From an uncultured Clostridia bacterium (GTDB lineage: Bacteria > Bacillota > Clostridia > Christensenellales > UBA1242), in NCBI GenBank assembly GCA_934756675.1, contig CAKVLG010000002.1, positions 339 to 64,338 of the forward strand: a stretch of 64,000 nt of DNA. Reading direction: 5' to 3'. Shown one piece after another: positions 35,986 to 45,093 of the stretch. Position 1 is the first letter of the stretch, and the number at the start of each line of letters is the position of its first letter. The notes below the pieces were generated by a model. The model saw only the letters and a program-made list of their open reading frames with translations, was not told the origin of the DNA and did not search any database. A program made the translations under genes and the position numbers.

Positions 35986-36342
35986 CTAAATTTTTACTTT
36001 TTTAATCTGCAAGACAACAAGGCCATATTTGTGAATTTCTTCCGCACTAAAAAATTGAAGACAAAAATCTTCTATTTGGTCAGCTGTGAGTTTTGGACTA
36101 AAACCACAATCTTCTTTCTTTATGTTATGAAACAACTCTACAAAAGTTTTGAAGTAGAATAGGTTTTCAACTTTGCATGAAACTTTTTTGGTTTGGTCTT
36201 CGCGGTCAATAAAGGTAACAATATTACCAACTTTAATTTTTTGGCGTTTTAAGTCATTAACTCGAATTTCAAAGGTCTTTTCGCCAGTTGCAACAAGTTT
36301 AAAAATATCGCTTTGCAAATGCATTTCAAAAATATCGTCCAT
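35986..36342 (-). CDS. ASCH (PUA-like) domain protein
   Basis: LVATGEKTFEIRVNDLKRQKIKVGNIVTF matches the ASCH G-x-K-T-x-E-x-R...GD pattern. Start set to the ATG at 36342 (SD AGAGGTG). Confidence 0.6.
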   Translation of the reverse strand: MDDIFEMHLQSDIFKLVATGEKTFEIRVNDLKRQKIKVGNIVTFIDREDQTKKVSCKVENLFYFKTFVELFHNIKKEDCGFSPKLTADQIEDFCLQFFSAEEIHKYGLVVLQIKKVKI

Positions 36343-36458
36343 ACAACACCTCTTTTTTTGTATTATAACAAAAACATGACAAATTGCAAAATATATTTGA
36401 TAAAATTGTAAACTTTGTTGCAATTTTTTAAGCGGTATGCTAAAATAACACTATGCAT

Positions 36459-36544
36459 GCCGGTGTGGCGGAATGGCAGACGCAGCAGACTCAAAATCTG
36501 CCGAGGGAAACTTCATGTCGGTTCGACCCCGACCACCGGCACCA
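36459..36544 (+). tRNA. tRNA-Leu (anticodon CAA)
   Basis: Acceptor GCCGGTG/CACCGGC, anticodon stem GCAGA/TCTGC with loop CTCAAAA, long variable arm, T-arm TCGG-TTCGACC-CCGA, encoded CCA. Confidence 0.88.
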
Positions 36545-36546
36545 AA

Positions 36547-36577
36547 AGGTCAAACTTTTAAGTTTGGCTTTTTTTAT
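36547..36577 (+). terminator. Rho-independent terminator after tRNA-Leu(CAA)
   Basis: GTCAAACTT / AAGTTTGGC stem followed by TTTTTTT. Confidence 0.65.
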
Positions 36578-36634
36578 TTCTTTGCATCTTGCGGAATGCT
36601 TGCCTGTGTGATATAATTGAAGTAGGAGAATATT

Positions 36635-37288
36635 ATGGGAATTTTAGATATGTTTAGGCGTAAAACACAAAAGATGCCAGTTGGTAAAGTTGAAAAGGTA
36701 GTTGTTGCAGAAGCTCAAAAAAAGAACGAGATAAAAACCGAAAAACAAAAACCAAACCGCATCAGGCTTGTTTATGTTGCAATTGGCAAATATTTGTCTT
36801 ATGACACAAGCGAAATTAGAACAGGTGAAACATATAACATTACAAGTGAGTTTGTTTTGCCAAGTGGAATGAGCATGAAAGATGCATGCAAGGTTGTATC
36901 ATATCTTTCTGAAAAAGTTGAACGCGAAGATAATTTAGACGAGGCGTCACCAAGCAGCGTTGCAAAGGTTAGCAACATTTTGGAGCAATATGGCTTTAAG
37001 AAGGTGGAAAACTGCCCACATGGTAGATTTCATAGAACAAAAGACGTTCATGGAAACTTCTTATCATCTTTCTCGACATTCGAAGATGTTGATGAACAAA
37101 TCAAAGTTGATGATGTATTAGCCGAAAAACCTGGCGTTGTTGATTTGTTTACCGTTGGTGGTGACTTCCGCTTGTTTACGCGCACACCAATGGACAAAAG
37201 ATATTTCGAATGGTTCACGCCAAGAGTTAAAAGAGAAGAAATCGAAAAGATTTATGCGAACATTGGCGAAGACATTAGTGAGTTTTAA
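36635..37288 (+). CDS. Hypothetical protein
   Basis: SD AGGAG 6 nt upstream, own terminator, no motif I recognise. Confidence 0.6.
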   Translation: MGILDMFRRKTQKMPVGKVEKVVVAEAQKKNEIKTEKQKPNRIRLVYVAIGKYLSYDTSEIRTGETYNITSEFVLPSGMSMKDACKVVSYLSEKVEREDNLDEASPSSVAKVSNILEQYGFKKVENCPHGRFHRTKDVHGNFLSSFSTFEDVDEQIKVDDVLAEKPGVVDLFTVGGDFRLFTRTPMDKRYFEWFTPRVKREEIEKIYANIGEDISEF

Positions 37289-37312
37289 TAATTTATCTTA
37301 GTATTAATAGCA

Positions 37313-37348
37313 ATAAAAAAAACACTAGTATATCTGGTGTTTTTTTTG
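37313..37348 (+). terminator. Rho-independent terminator
   Basis: AACACTAG / CTGGTGTT stem followed by a T-run. Confidence 0.6.
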
Positions 37349-37435
37349 TGCGGTTTTTCTGGTATTTTGTATTGCGTTTTCGGGTATTGACTTTGCATTT
37401 TTGTGTGGTATAATAATGCCTGTTAGGAGATTATT

Positions 37436-38017
37436 ATGAGAATTAGTTTTGGTCAATTTCAAAGACAAACTTTTATTGAAGAGATTAAAAATTATAAAAA
37501 ATATTTAATGAGTGAACCTTTAAAGAAATTTAGAGACGACATGATAAATGAAATAGATGAAAATTGGAAAAAGTTTGAAGCAGAGAACAAGGGCATGGAT
37601 TTTTATGAGTTCGAAGCTGAAGCTGATGAAGTTAGGTTTCAAAACAGCATGAAATCGCTTATGTGTTACAGATTGTATTCATCACTTTACCAAAACATTT
37701 TTTCTATTTGGGAACTTCAAGTGCAAGACAGTTACACACCTGTGAAACTTGATTATAACGACAAAATCACAGAGTTTAAAACTGTTGTAAATGTGTTGAA
37801 GCATGGTAGCGGCAGGTCGTATGATTATTTAAAAAGAATTGACTCTAAATACTTGCAAGAACCAAAAGAATTTCCATACTTATTGCCAAATGTTCATTCG
37901 GGTAGAACGCTTAATTTGGAGTTTAAAGATTTGCCAGAGTTTTGTGATACGCTTATAAAAGCGTGGGAAGATATCGACAGAGAAAAACGTGCCGAAGAGC
38001 TTGAACCAAACGCATAG
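37436..38017 (+). CDS. Hypothetical protein
   Basis: SD AGGAG 6 nt upstream, predicted helical, no confident motif. Confidence 0.6.
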   Translation: MRISFGQFQRQTFIEEIKNYKKYLMSEPLKKFRDDMINEIDENWKKFEAENKGMDFYEFEAEADEVRFQNSMKSLMCYRLYSSLYQNIFSIWELQVQDSYTPVKLDYNDKITEFKTVVNVLKHGSGRSYDYLKRIDSKYLQEPKEFPYLLPNVHSGRTLNLEFKDLPEFCDTLIKAWEDIDREKRAEELEPNA

Positions 38018-38036
38018 AAATTGAATAAATATTAAC

Positions 38037-38067
38037 GAAAAAAGACCCACATTTGGGGGTCTTTTTT
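38037..38067. terminator. Bidirectional terminator
   Basis: AAGACCC / GGGTCTT stem with flanking A- and T-runs, between convergent genes. Confidence 0.7.
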
Positions 38068-39837
38068 CTATTCTGTTTTATATAGATTGTTATATTGCTC
38101 GCAATTTTTCATAAGGTATTTGTGCGTGCCTTCGGCTATTATTTTATGATTATCCATAAAGATAATCTTGTCAGCATTATGAATTGTTGTTAGTCTGTGG
38201 GCAACAATAATAATCGTGTGTGTAGTCGAAAGGTTGTTTATAACTTTTTGAATTTTTGCTTGGTTTTCATTGTCGAGCGAAGATGTGGATTCGTCAAACA
38301 TAATGACTTTTGCATTGCTGAGTAACGCTCTTGCAATTGCAAGCCTTTGTCTTTGACCACCAGAAAGGTTAATACCATTTTCACCAATAAGTGTGTCGTA
38401 ACCATCTTTGCAAGTAACGATAAAGTCGTCAAGTTCGGCTTTTTTGCATGCGGCAACGATTTCTTTCTCTGAGGCATCTGGTTTAACTAGTTGCAAATTG
38501 CCCTTAAATGTCATATTGAAAATATATGGCGTTTGTTGAATGTATGCAATGTTGTTGCGAATCGAGTTTTTAGATAGCTCTTGAATGTTTACACCGTCAA
38601 ATAAAATTTCGCCACTTGTTACATTATAGAATTTTGAAATAAGTGAAAGGGTAGTGCTTTTTCCGCAACCTGTTTTACCAACAAATGCGGTAATTTTGTT
38701 TGCTTCAATATCAAATGAAACATCGTCTAGTACTTTTGAAGAATCGCCATAACTAAATGATACGTTTTTAAACGATATATTGCCAGTAACATCTAAATCG
38801 CGAGTTCCAAATGTTTCTTGTGGAAACTTTTCTTTATCAAACAAATCCATCATACGTGAAGCGGAAGTTTCGATGTCGCCAAACTCTTCACTAATCGAGA
38901 AGACATTACTAAAAAGCATGTTTATCCAGCCACGCATTTGCCAAACATATAGCATTGCACCGACTGAATAGTATCCCGTTTTACCAAACCAAACAATAAG
39001 TAATAAAAATATAAAGTTATTAAATGCAAAACTGAAAAAGTTTGTTGGCAAGATACGGCGAAGTGCCCATTTTCTGATCTTGTATTTGTTTGAAAAATAT
39101 TCGTTTTGTTTATCGTAATAGCTTTTTGAAACATTATCTTGCATGTTAAGACCTTTTACGTCTTGTGCACCGCGAATGCCTTCCATAACAATGTTTTGTG
39201 ATTGGTCATTAATCTCGCGGTTCTTTTTATAGAGTGCGTTGCGTTTTGGAATTAGGAACTTATAGTCTATACACTTTATAAAATAAAACAAACATGTGAC
39301 GAGTGAAAGAATCGGGGCAGTGGTGAATAGAACAATTGTGTAGGCAATACTCTTTACAATTATACGTACTTTTTCGAGAATGCGGGTAAAACAACCTGTA
39401 ACAGTTGCAGAGTCATTTATTCTTGAAACAAAATAGCTGGTTTGATTGCCCTTAAAACATTCTGGCGAAAGAGTTGAGATATAGTTGTATAGCGAATTCT
39501 TTGTTTTAATCAATAAGTTGTTATTAAACTTTTCGTCTAGTATGCCGTTGACATAGTCGAAAACATAATCAAGAATATGCATAACAAACATCGCAATTGC
39601 AAAATGTATTAGGTTTGTCCAGGCGGAAGTAGTTATACAAAACAATATGTTCTTTAAAATAATTGCTTCTAATGTTGCTACTATTGTACTTATGCAATAA
39701 ATAAAAATAAGTAGGGCAAAGGTCTTTTTATCGAAATCTATAAGTTTAAGAGCTCTTTTTGTATTCTTTAAACCTTTAACTTTTTTGATATCTTCTTTTG
39801 ATACATTAAATATACTATCTTTTTCTTTTGTTTTCAT
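38068..39837 (-). CDS. ABC exporter, fused permease/ATPase (type I exporter, MsbA/bacteriocin-exporter-like)
   Basis: Six-TM N-terminal half. Walker A GKTGCGKST, signature LSGGQRQRLAIARAL, Walker B IMFDESTSSLD. The start is uncertain between the ATG at 39837 and the GTG at 39864, and neither has a good SD. Confidence 0.8.
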   Translation of the reverse strand: MKTKEKDSIFNVSKEDIKKVKGLKNTKRALKLIDFDKKTFALLIFIYCISTIVATLEAIILKNILFCITTSAWTNLIHFAIAMFVMHILDYVFDYVNGILDEKFNNNLLIKTKNSLYNYISTLSPECFKGNQTSYFVSRINDSATVTGCFTRILEKVRIIVKSIAYTIVLFTTAPILSLVTCLFYFIKCIDYKFLIPKRNALYKKNREINDQSQNIVMEGIRGAQDVKGLNMQDNVSKSYYDKQNEYFSNKYKIRKWALRRILPTNFFSFAFNNFIFLLLIVWFGKTGYYSVGAMLYVWQMRGWINMLFSNVFSISEEFGDIETSASRMMDLFDKEKFPQETFGTRDLDVTGNISFKNVSFSYGDSSKVLDDVSFDIEANKITAFVGKTGCGKSTTLSLISKFYNVTSGEILFDGVNIQELSKNSIRNNIAYIQQTPYIFNMTFKGNLQLVKPDASEKEIVAACKKAELDDFIVTCKDGYDTLIGENGINLSGGQRQRLAIARALLSNAKVIMFDESTSSLDNENQAKIQKVINNLSTTHTIIIVAHRLTTIHNADKIIFMDNHKIIAEGTHKYLMKNCEQYNNLYKTE

Positions 39838-39930
39838 GGGGTCATTATACAACAAAAAACTCACCGTGTAAATAGGCTGCGGGTTTAGTTTGTGTTATTT
39901 TATAAAAAATCAATTATGCCTTTAAATTTG

Positions 39931-39959
39931 TTTACCTAGACAAAAAGATTTGTTATAAT
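39931..39959 (+). promoter_or_regulatory. Putative sigma-A promoter
   Basis: TTTACC, 17-nt spacer, TGT-TATAAT (extended -10). Confidence 0.5.
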
Positions 39960-39987
39960 GATTATAATAAGAATTATGGAGAAAAGT

Positions 39988-40683
39988 ATGGATAAATCTT
40001 ATAAAAATAGAATCTATAATAGAATTACATACATTTGCATTTGTTTGCTTTTGCTTGTAACTATGGCTATGCCCATGCTTAGCTTGGACCTTACTATTGG
40101 TGCAAATACAAAAGATGTTTGTAATTCGGTAACACCAGTGATGGTTATGCGTGTTGGTCTTTCAGACAAAGCAAAGGTTGACGAGATGTATGTGGCTCAC
40201 ACTGCAAAAGTGCGTGAGTTTGTCCGAGTTCAACAAGAAGCTGGCAAAACTACAGAAGAAATTGAAAAGATGCTCCTTACAAATAAAGACAATAACATGG
40301 CTTATTTAATTAATATGTATCGTACAGAAGCTGCACCTGTTAAGAACTTTTCAATTGTATTGCTATTTACTTATATATTTGTTGGCATTTTGCTTGCTAT
40401 GCTTTGTATTGCTTGTTTTATTGATAAACCAGGGCTTGATATTGCAAATATTATTGTAACATTTATTATGGCAATTCTTGCTATAGTTTCGCTCACATTC
40501 TCACTTGTACTCAAATCTGGTGAGCTTCAAGTTTATACTGGTAATGGGGAACTTGGCACTTATGTATTTGCATTAGCAGCTGTTGCGCTTGCCGTTGTTG
40601 AGGTTGTTCAATTCTTTATTGGCAGACGTGATAGAAAGGTTAAGGAATCTGATATTATTAAACCATTTGTGGAGGAAAAGTAA
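39988..40683 (+). CDS. Hypothetical 4-TM membrane protein (paralog A)
   Basis: Start set to the ATG at 39988 (SD GGAG 6 nt upstream), because the track start at 39958 lies inside the -10 box. Layout is TM1, a soluble loop of about 95 aa, then three TM helices. Confidence 0.65.
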   Translation: MDKSYKNRIYNRITYICICLLLLVTMAMPMLSLDLTIGANTKDVCNSVTPVMVMRVGLSDKAKVDEMYVAHTAKVREFVRVQQEAGKTTEEIEKMLLTNKDNNMAYLINMYRTEAAPVKNFSIVLLFTYIFVGILLAMLCIACFIDKPGLDIANIIVTFIMAILAIVSLTFSLVLKSGELQVYTGNGELGTYVFALAAVALAVVEVVQFFIGRRDRKVKESDIIKPFVEEK

Positions 40684-41385
40684 ATGGAAAAACGTACAAG
40701 TTTAGTTTCTAGAATTTTTACATGGGTGTTGCTTGCACTTGTTGTGCTTGCAATGTTTGTTCCAGTATTTACAGTTAAAGCAGAAGTTTCGGTTGGTTCT
40801 AGCAAAGAAACAGTCTTTTCTGCAAATGTTTCGACACTTGATGTTTTGTCTGTCGCTTTTATGAGTGATGAACAAAAACAAGATGAACTCAACAAGCTAT
40901 CTAAACAACGTTTAGAAGATATTGCAAAAGTAGTAGCTAACGGCGATGCAGAAGAAAATGCTGTTAAAAAAGTAAACGGATATAGTTATATGGGTAAATA
41001 TGCATTGCTCAATTATTTTGGTAGCGAAACAGATGAAAAAGCTCTTGGTATTGATACAAAAACTTGGTTAATACTTGCAGCTGTTGTTGAAATATTGTTG
41101 CTTGTGTGCGTTGCGCTCGACTTATTTTTCTCTTATATGTGTATGCAATATGACAATGTCAGTCTTCCAAGACTTGTTAAATCTTTTGGATTTTTAATTC
41201 TTGTATTTGGAGTTGGTTTGATGGCAATTTATATGTTCACATTAAGAGCAAAAGTTCTGTCTGTTTCGGTAACAACTGTTATGAATGTTTTAGCTTACAT
41301 ATTTGCTGGTATTTGCGTATTCTTGCCAATATACGAATGTATGGTGTTTAAACGCAGAAAATCTTATATGAAGAAAAGAAAATAA
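40684..41385 (+). CDS. Hypothetical 4-TM membrane protein (paralog B)
   Basis: The ATG immediately follows the TAA stop of paralog A. Same topology and size. Confidence 0.65.
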   Translation: MEKRTSLVSRIFTWVLLALVVLAMFVPVFTVKAEVSVGSSKETVFSANVSTLDVLSVAFMSDEQKQDELNKLSKQRLEDIAKVVANGDAEENAVKKVNGYSYMGKYALLNYFGSETDEKALGIDTKTWLILAAVVEILLLVCVALDLFFSYMCMQYDNVSLPRLVKSFGFLILVFGVGLMAIYMFTLRAKVLSVSVTTVMNVLAYIFAGICVFLPIYECMVFKRRKSYMKKRK

Positions 41386-41412
41386 AAAGCGGGGCTAGCC
41401 CCGCTTAATTAT
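41386..41412 (+). terminator. Probable terminator (weak T-run)
   Basis: AAGCGGGG / CCCCGCTT stem. Confidence 0.5.
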
Positions 41413-41460
41413 TATTGACTAAAAATTGTCTTTCACGTTAATAATTACTACGGAGATTTT

Positions 41461-43989
41461 ATGGATAATAACAACTTGATAATTGTTGATGGTAACAGTA
41501 TCTTTTATAGATCATTTTACGCTTTGCCTTTGCTCAAAAACAACAAGGGTGAGCCTTGCAATGCTATTTATGGGTTTATGATTGAACTGGTTAAAATCAT
41601 ACAAACATTTAAGCCAAAATACTTAGCTGTAGCGTTTGATAAAACGCGTTCCAAGGAAAGAACAGCTCTTTATAGCGAATACAAGGCAAACCGCAAAAAA
41701 GCACCCGCAGAACTGTTGAGCCAACTTGGACTTATTGGTAGTGTGCTTGACGTTGTAAAAGTTCCACACTTTGCTATACCAGATTTTGAAGGTGACGATG
41801 TTGTTGGTACGCTTGCAAAAAAGTTTGAAGATAAGTGTAATACATATATAATTTCAAGCGACCGCGATTTGTTCCAGTTAATTAGTGACAAGACGCATAT
41901 GCTTTATGTTCGAAAAGGTATATCTGAAACAATTGAACTCACACCAAACGTTTTGAAAGAAAAGTTCGGTTTTTTGCCAAAACACGTTGTTGACATAAAA
42001 GCACTGGCAGGTGACACGTCAGATAATATTCCTGGCATTGCTGGCATTGGCGAAAAGAGTGCAGAAGAATTGGTTGTTAAGTTTGACACAATCGAAAATA
42101 TCATCGCTCACATTGATGAAATAAAACCAAGGCAAAAAGCAGCACTAGAAGGTAAAGAAAATGTGTGGCAGATGTGTAGAAAACTTGCAACAATAAAAAT
42201 TGATGTTCCGCTTGGCGATGTTAAGCTCGAAGATTTATTGTATGAATTTCCATTCAACAATGCAACAAAAGAACTGTTTGTTGATTTTGGGTTTAAAACT
42301 CTTACAAACAAACCAGAACTATTTTCGTCTGGTAATAAAGATGTAAATCTTGAAATGAAAGAAGAAGCACCACTTGTTATAGAAGAGGTTAATAGTGCAC
42401 AAAAACTAGATAAAATCATATCGCAAATAAAAGAAAACAAAGAGTGTAGTGTTTATGAGAGTGACGACTACATCATGTTAAACGTGAAAAATGATTTGTA
42501 TAAAATTGCAGAAGGTAATTATGTATTGTGTGAAAAAATCGCAAAATTTGTGCTAAAAGACTGTAAAATCAATAAAATTTTGATAGATAACAAAGTTTTT
42601 TACAATTTTGCAAAAAAATATGGTGGCACTTTATCGTTGCCATATTTCGATTTAATGATAGCAGATCACTTGTCTAGTGGCAAGGTTGTTAAAAGTGTTG
42701 AAGACTTTGTTTCTAAAAATTCTTCACCAAGTAGAATTATTAGTGATATGCCTAAATTGGCAAAAACATTAGAGCAAAAAATAAAAGATGAAAAAGTTGA
42801 TAAACTTTTCTATGATGTCGAAACACCACTTTCACTTTTGCTTAATGAAATGAGTGATGCCGGATTCAAAGTAAAAACAACAACATTAATTGCTTTAAAT
42901 GAAAAGTTGAATAGTGAAGCAAAAATGCTTGAATCTGAAATTTATAAACTTTGTGGTGGCGAGTTTAATATTCGTTCACCGCGTCAACTTGCAAGCGTGT
43001 TATATGAAAAACTTGGGTTGCCTGGTAACAAAAAAGGTTCTACTAAATCTGATATTTTAGACGAACTTGCAGACAGACATCCCGTGATTCCACTTTTACA
43101 ACAATACAGAAAAATAATGAAATTTATCGGTACGTATCTCGAGGGTTTTATTCCTTATGTTTCAGAAGATGGTTTTGTGCACACAAAATTTAATCAAACA
43201 CTAACAAATACTGGTAGGCTTTCGTCTAGCGAACCAAACATGCAAAATATTCCTATTCGCGGCGAAGGGTCAGAAGAACTTAGAACCATGTTTTGCGCTA
43301 GGAGTAGCGGAAACGTGCTTGTTGATGGTGACTATTCGCAAATTGAACTAAGATTACTTGCAGCATTTTCTGGCGACCCATTGATGATTGATGCTTTTAA
43401 TAGAGGGTGTGATATTCACACTGAAACTGCATCTGAAGTGTTTGGCGTGCCAAAGACACTTGTAACAACACAAATGCGTCGAATAGCAAAAGTTGTAAAT
43501 TTTGGTATTATTTATGGTATTAGTGGTTTTGGCTTGGCGCAAGACTTAAAGATTAATCCAAAAGAAGCTAAAAATTATATAGATTCATTTTTTGAAAAAC
43601 ACCCAAAAGTAAAAGAATATATGTCTTCTGTGGTTGAAAAAACAAAACAGACTGGCAAGGCATATACTATGCTTGGCAGATTTAGAAATATGGACGCTGA
43701 AATCAACTCACATAATTACCTAATTCGTTCTAGCGCCGAAAGGGCAGCAGAAAACATGCCGCTTCAAGGTTCGGCAGCAGATATCATTAAACTTGCAATG
43801 ATAAATGTTGATAAGACATTAAAGAAAAATAACTTAAAAGCAAAACTTATTTCGCAAATTCATGATGAGTTGATTGTCGATTGTCCAAAAGAAGAAGAGG
43901 AACTTGTAAAACAAATCATGCATCAAGAAATGGAAAACGTTGTAAAATTGCAGGTACCATTAATTGTTGATATTAGTGCAAAATATTAA
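41461..43989 (+). CDS. polA: DNA polymerase I
   Basis: 5'-nuclease N-terminus (IVDGNSIFYRSFYALP, GDTSDNIPG). Polymerase motifs DYSQIELR, RRIAKVVNFGIIYG and QIHDELIV. The central region has no obvious DxE 3'-5' exonuclease motif. Confidence 0.9.
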   Translation: MDNNNLIIVDGNSIFYRSFYALPLLKNNKGEPCNAIYGFMIELVKIIQTFKPKYLAVAFDKTRSKERTALYSEYKANRKKAPAELLSQLGLIGSVLDVVKVPHFAIPDFEGDDVVGTLAKKFEDKCNTYIISSDRDLFQLISDKTHMLYVRKGISETIELTPNVLKEKFGFLPKHVVDIKALAGDTSDNIPGIAGIGEKSAEELVVKFDTIENIIAHIDEIKPRQKAALEGKENVWQMCRKLATIKIDVPLGDVKLEDLLYEFPFNNATKELFVDFGFKTLTNKPELFSSGNKDVNLEMKEEAPLVIEEVNSAQKLDKIISQIKENKECSVYESDDYIMLNVKNDLYKIAEGNYVLCEKIAKFVLKDCKINKILIDNKVFYNFAKKYGGTLSLPYFDLMIADHLSSGKVVKSVEDFVSKNSSPSRIISDMPKLAKTLEQKIKDEKVDKLFYDVETPLSLLLNEMSDAGFKVKTTTLIALNEKLNSEAKMLESEIYKLCGGEFNIRSPRQLASVLYEKLGLPGNKKGSTKSDILDELADRHPVIPLLQQYRKIMKFIGTYLEGFIPYVSEDGFVHTKFNQTLTNTGRLSSSEPNMQNIPIRGEGSEELRTMFCARSSGNVLVDGDYSQIELRLLAAFSGDPLMIDAFNRGCDIHTETASEVFGVPKTLVTTQMRRIAKVVNFGIIYGISGFGLAQDLKINPKEAKNYIDSFFEKHPKVKEYMSSVVEKTKQTGKAYTMLGRFRNMDAEINSHNYLIRSSAERAAENMPLQGSAADIIKLAMINVDKTLKKNNLKAKLISQIHDELIVDCPKEEEELVKQIMHQEMENVVKLQVPLIVDISAKY

Positions 43990-44013
43990 GCTTAACGTTG
44001 GTTAAGCTTTTTT
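43988..44013 (+). terminator. Rho-independent terminator
   Basis: AAGCTTAAC / GTTAAGCTT stem followed by TTTT. Confidence 0.7.
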
Positions 44014-44107
44014 GATTCTACATTTATATATTCAATGTAGAAAACTATTTGCGATTTTGTTTTTAATTTGGTATAATAAATGTTGTAAAGTGACAAAAGG
44101 AGAATTT

Positions 44108-44980
44108 ATGAGCGTTTTATTTACAGATACCGATTGCGAAATGGACTGGAGAGATGTTGAAAAATATAATATTCACGTAATGGGCATGCCTTATATTCTA
44201 GATGGTGAAGAAAAAGTTTATGACATGGGTAAGGATGAAGAAGTAATTCATCATTTTTACAAAAGAGTAAAAGAAGGGGCTATGCCATTGACAGCGGCAC
44301 TTAACCCAAATGATTATGTTAATTATTTTGAACCTATTTTTGCAGCAGGGGAAGATATTTTTTATATTCATTTTTCAAATGAACTTTCAGGAACATTCAA
44401 ATATATGCAAATGGCTCTTGAGCAACTGAAAGAAAAATATCCAGAAAGAAAGGTAACAACTTTCGACACAAAGAGTATTTGCCTTGGTGCGGGTATTCAA
44501 GTATTAGAGGCTGCAAAATTGAAGGCTAATGGTGCAACAGATGAAGAGATACTTGCTTTTCTCGAAAATTTTTCAAAACATATTTGTACAACATTTATGG
44601 TAGATAGCTTATCACATTTGCGTCGTGGTGGCAGAATTTCATCTGCTGCAGCTGTTATCGGTGGTTTGCTTAACATTAAGCCTATATTACACTTAACAGA
44701 CGATGGTAAAATTGTTAAAGTCGGTGCAGGCAATGGCGTTAAAAAGACTATTAATATCATGGCTAACACATTTAAACAAAACTATTTGCCAGATAATGAA
44801 TATTCAGTTTATATTGTTGATGCTGAAAATGGTAATGTTGCAGATAGCTTAGCAAATGCAATACGACCATATATTAAAAATAAAAATGTTAAAATCGAAA
44901 GATTATTAATTGGACCAGTTATAGGTACACATTGTGGACCTGGCTCGGTTGGTCTTATTTATTATTCTGCAAAAAGATAA
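44108..44980 (+). CDS. DegV-family fatty-acid-binding protein
   Basis: SLSHLRRGGRISSAAAVIGGLLNIKPIL hallmark. Start set to the ATG at 44108 (SD AAAGGAG). Confidence 0.85.
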   Translation: MSVLFTDTDCEMDWRDVEKYNIHVMGMPYILDGEEKVYDMGKDEEVIHHFYKRVKEGAMPLTAALNPNDYVNYFEPIFAAGEDIFYIHFSNELSGTFKYMQMALEQLKEKYPERKVTTFDTKSICLGAGIQVLEAAKLKANGATDEEILAFLENFSKHICTTFMVDSLSHLRRGGRISSAAAVIGGLLNIKPILHLTDDGKIVKVGAGNGVKKTINIMANTFKQNYLPDNEYSVYIVDAENGNVADSLANAIRPYIKNKNVKIERLLIGPVIGTHCGPGSVGLIYYSAKR

Positions 44981-44989
44981 TAGAGAAAT

Positions 44990-45020
44990 AAAAAACACAC
45001 TATTGCGGTGTGTTTTTTTT
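44990..45020 (+). terminator. Rho-independent terminator after the degV-like gene
   Basis: ACACAC / GTGTGT stem followed by a T8 run. Confidence 0.7.
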
Positions 45021-45046
45021 GCTGTCAATATTAACAAATAAATAAG

Positions 45047-45078
45047 GAAAAAAAGAACTTCAAACGAAGTTCTTTTTT
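45047..45078 (-). terminator. Terminator for the minus-strand giant-gene operon
   Basis: AGAACTTC / GAAGTTCT stem with a T-run on the minus strand. Confidence 0.7.
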
Positions 45079-45093
45079 AAGCCATAAAATAAT

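Noticed and set aside
35686-36162. 158-aa plus-strand ORF spanning the SDR start, tRNA-Leu(AAG) and the ASCH gene end.
   Set aside because: It reads straight through a well-folded tRNA gene on the opposite strand and overlaps two better-supported genes. It is an artefact of ORF calling.
37436-38017. Possible HEPN-type nuclease motif (NVLKHGSGRS) in the 193-aa hypothetical protein, which would suggest a defence or toxin function.
   Set aside because: No Arg sits at the Rx4-6H spacing and there is no partner antitoxin or defence gene context. The resemblance is too weak to report.
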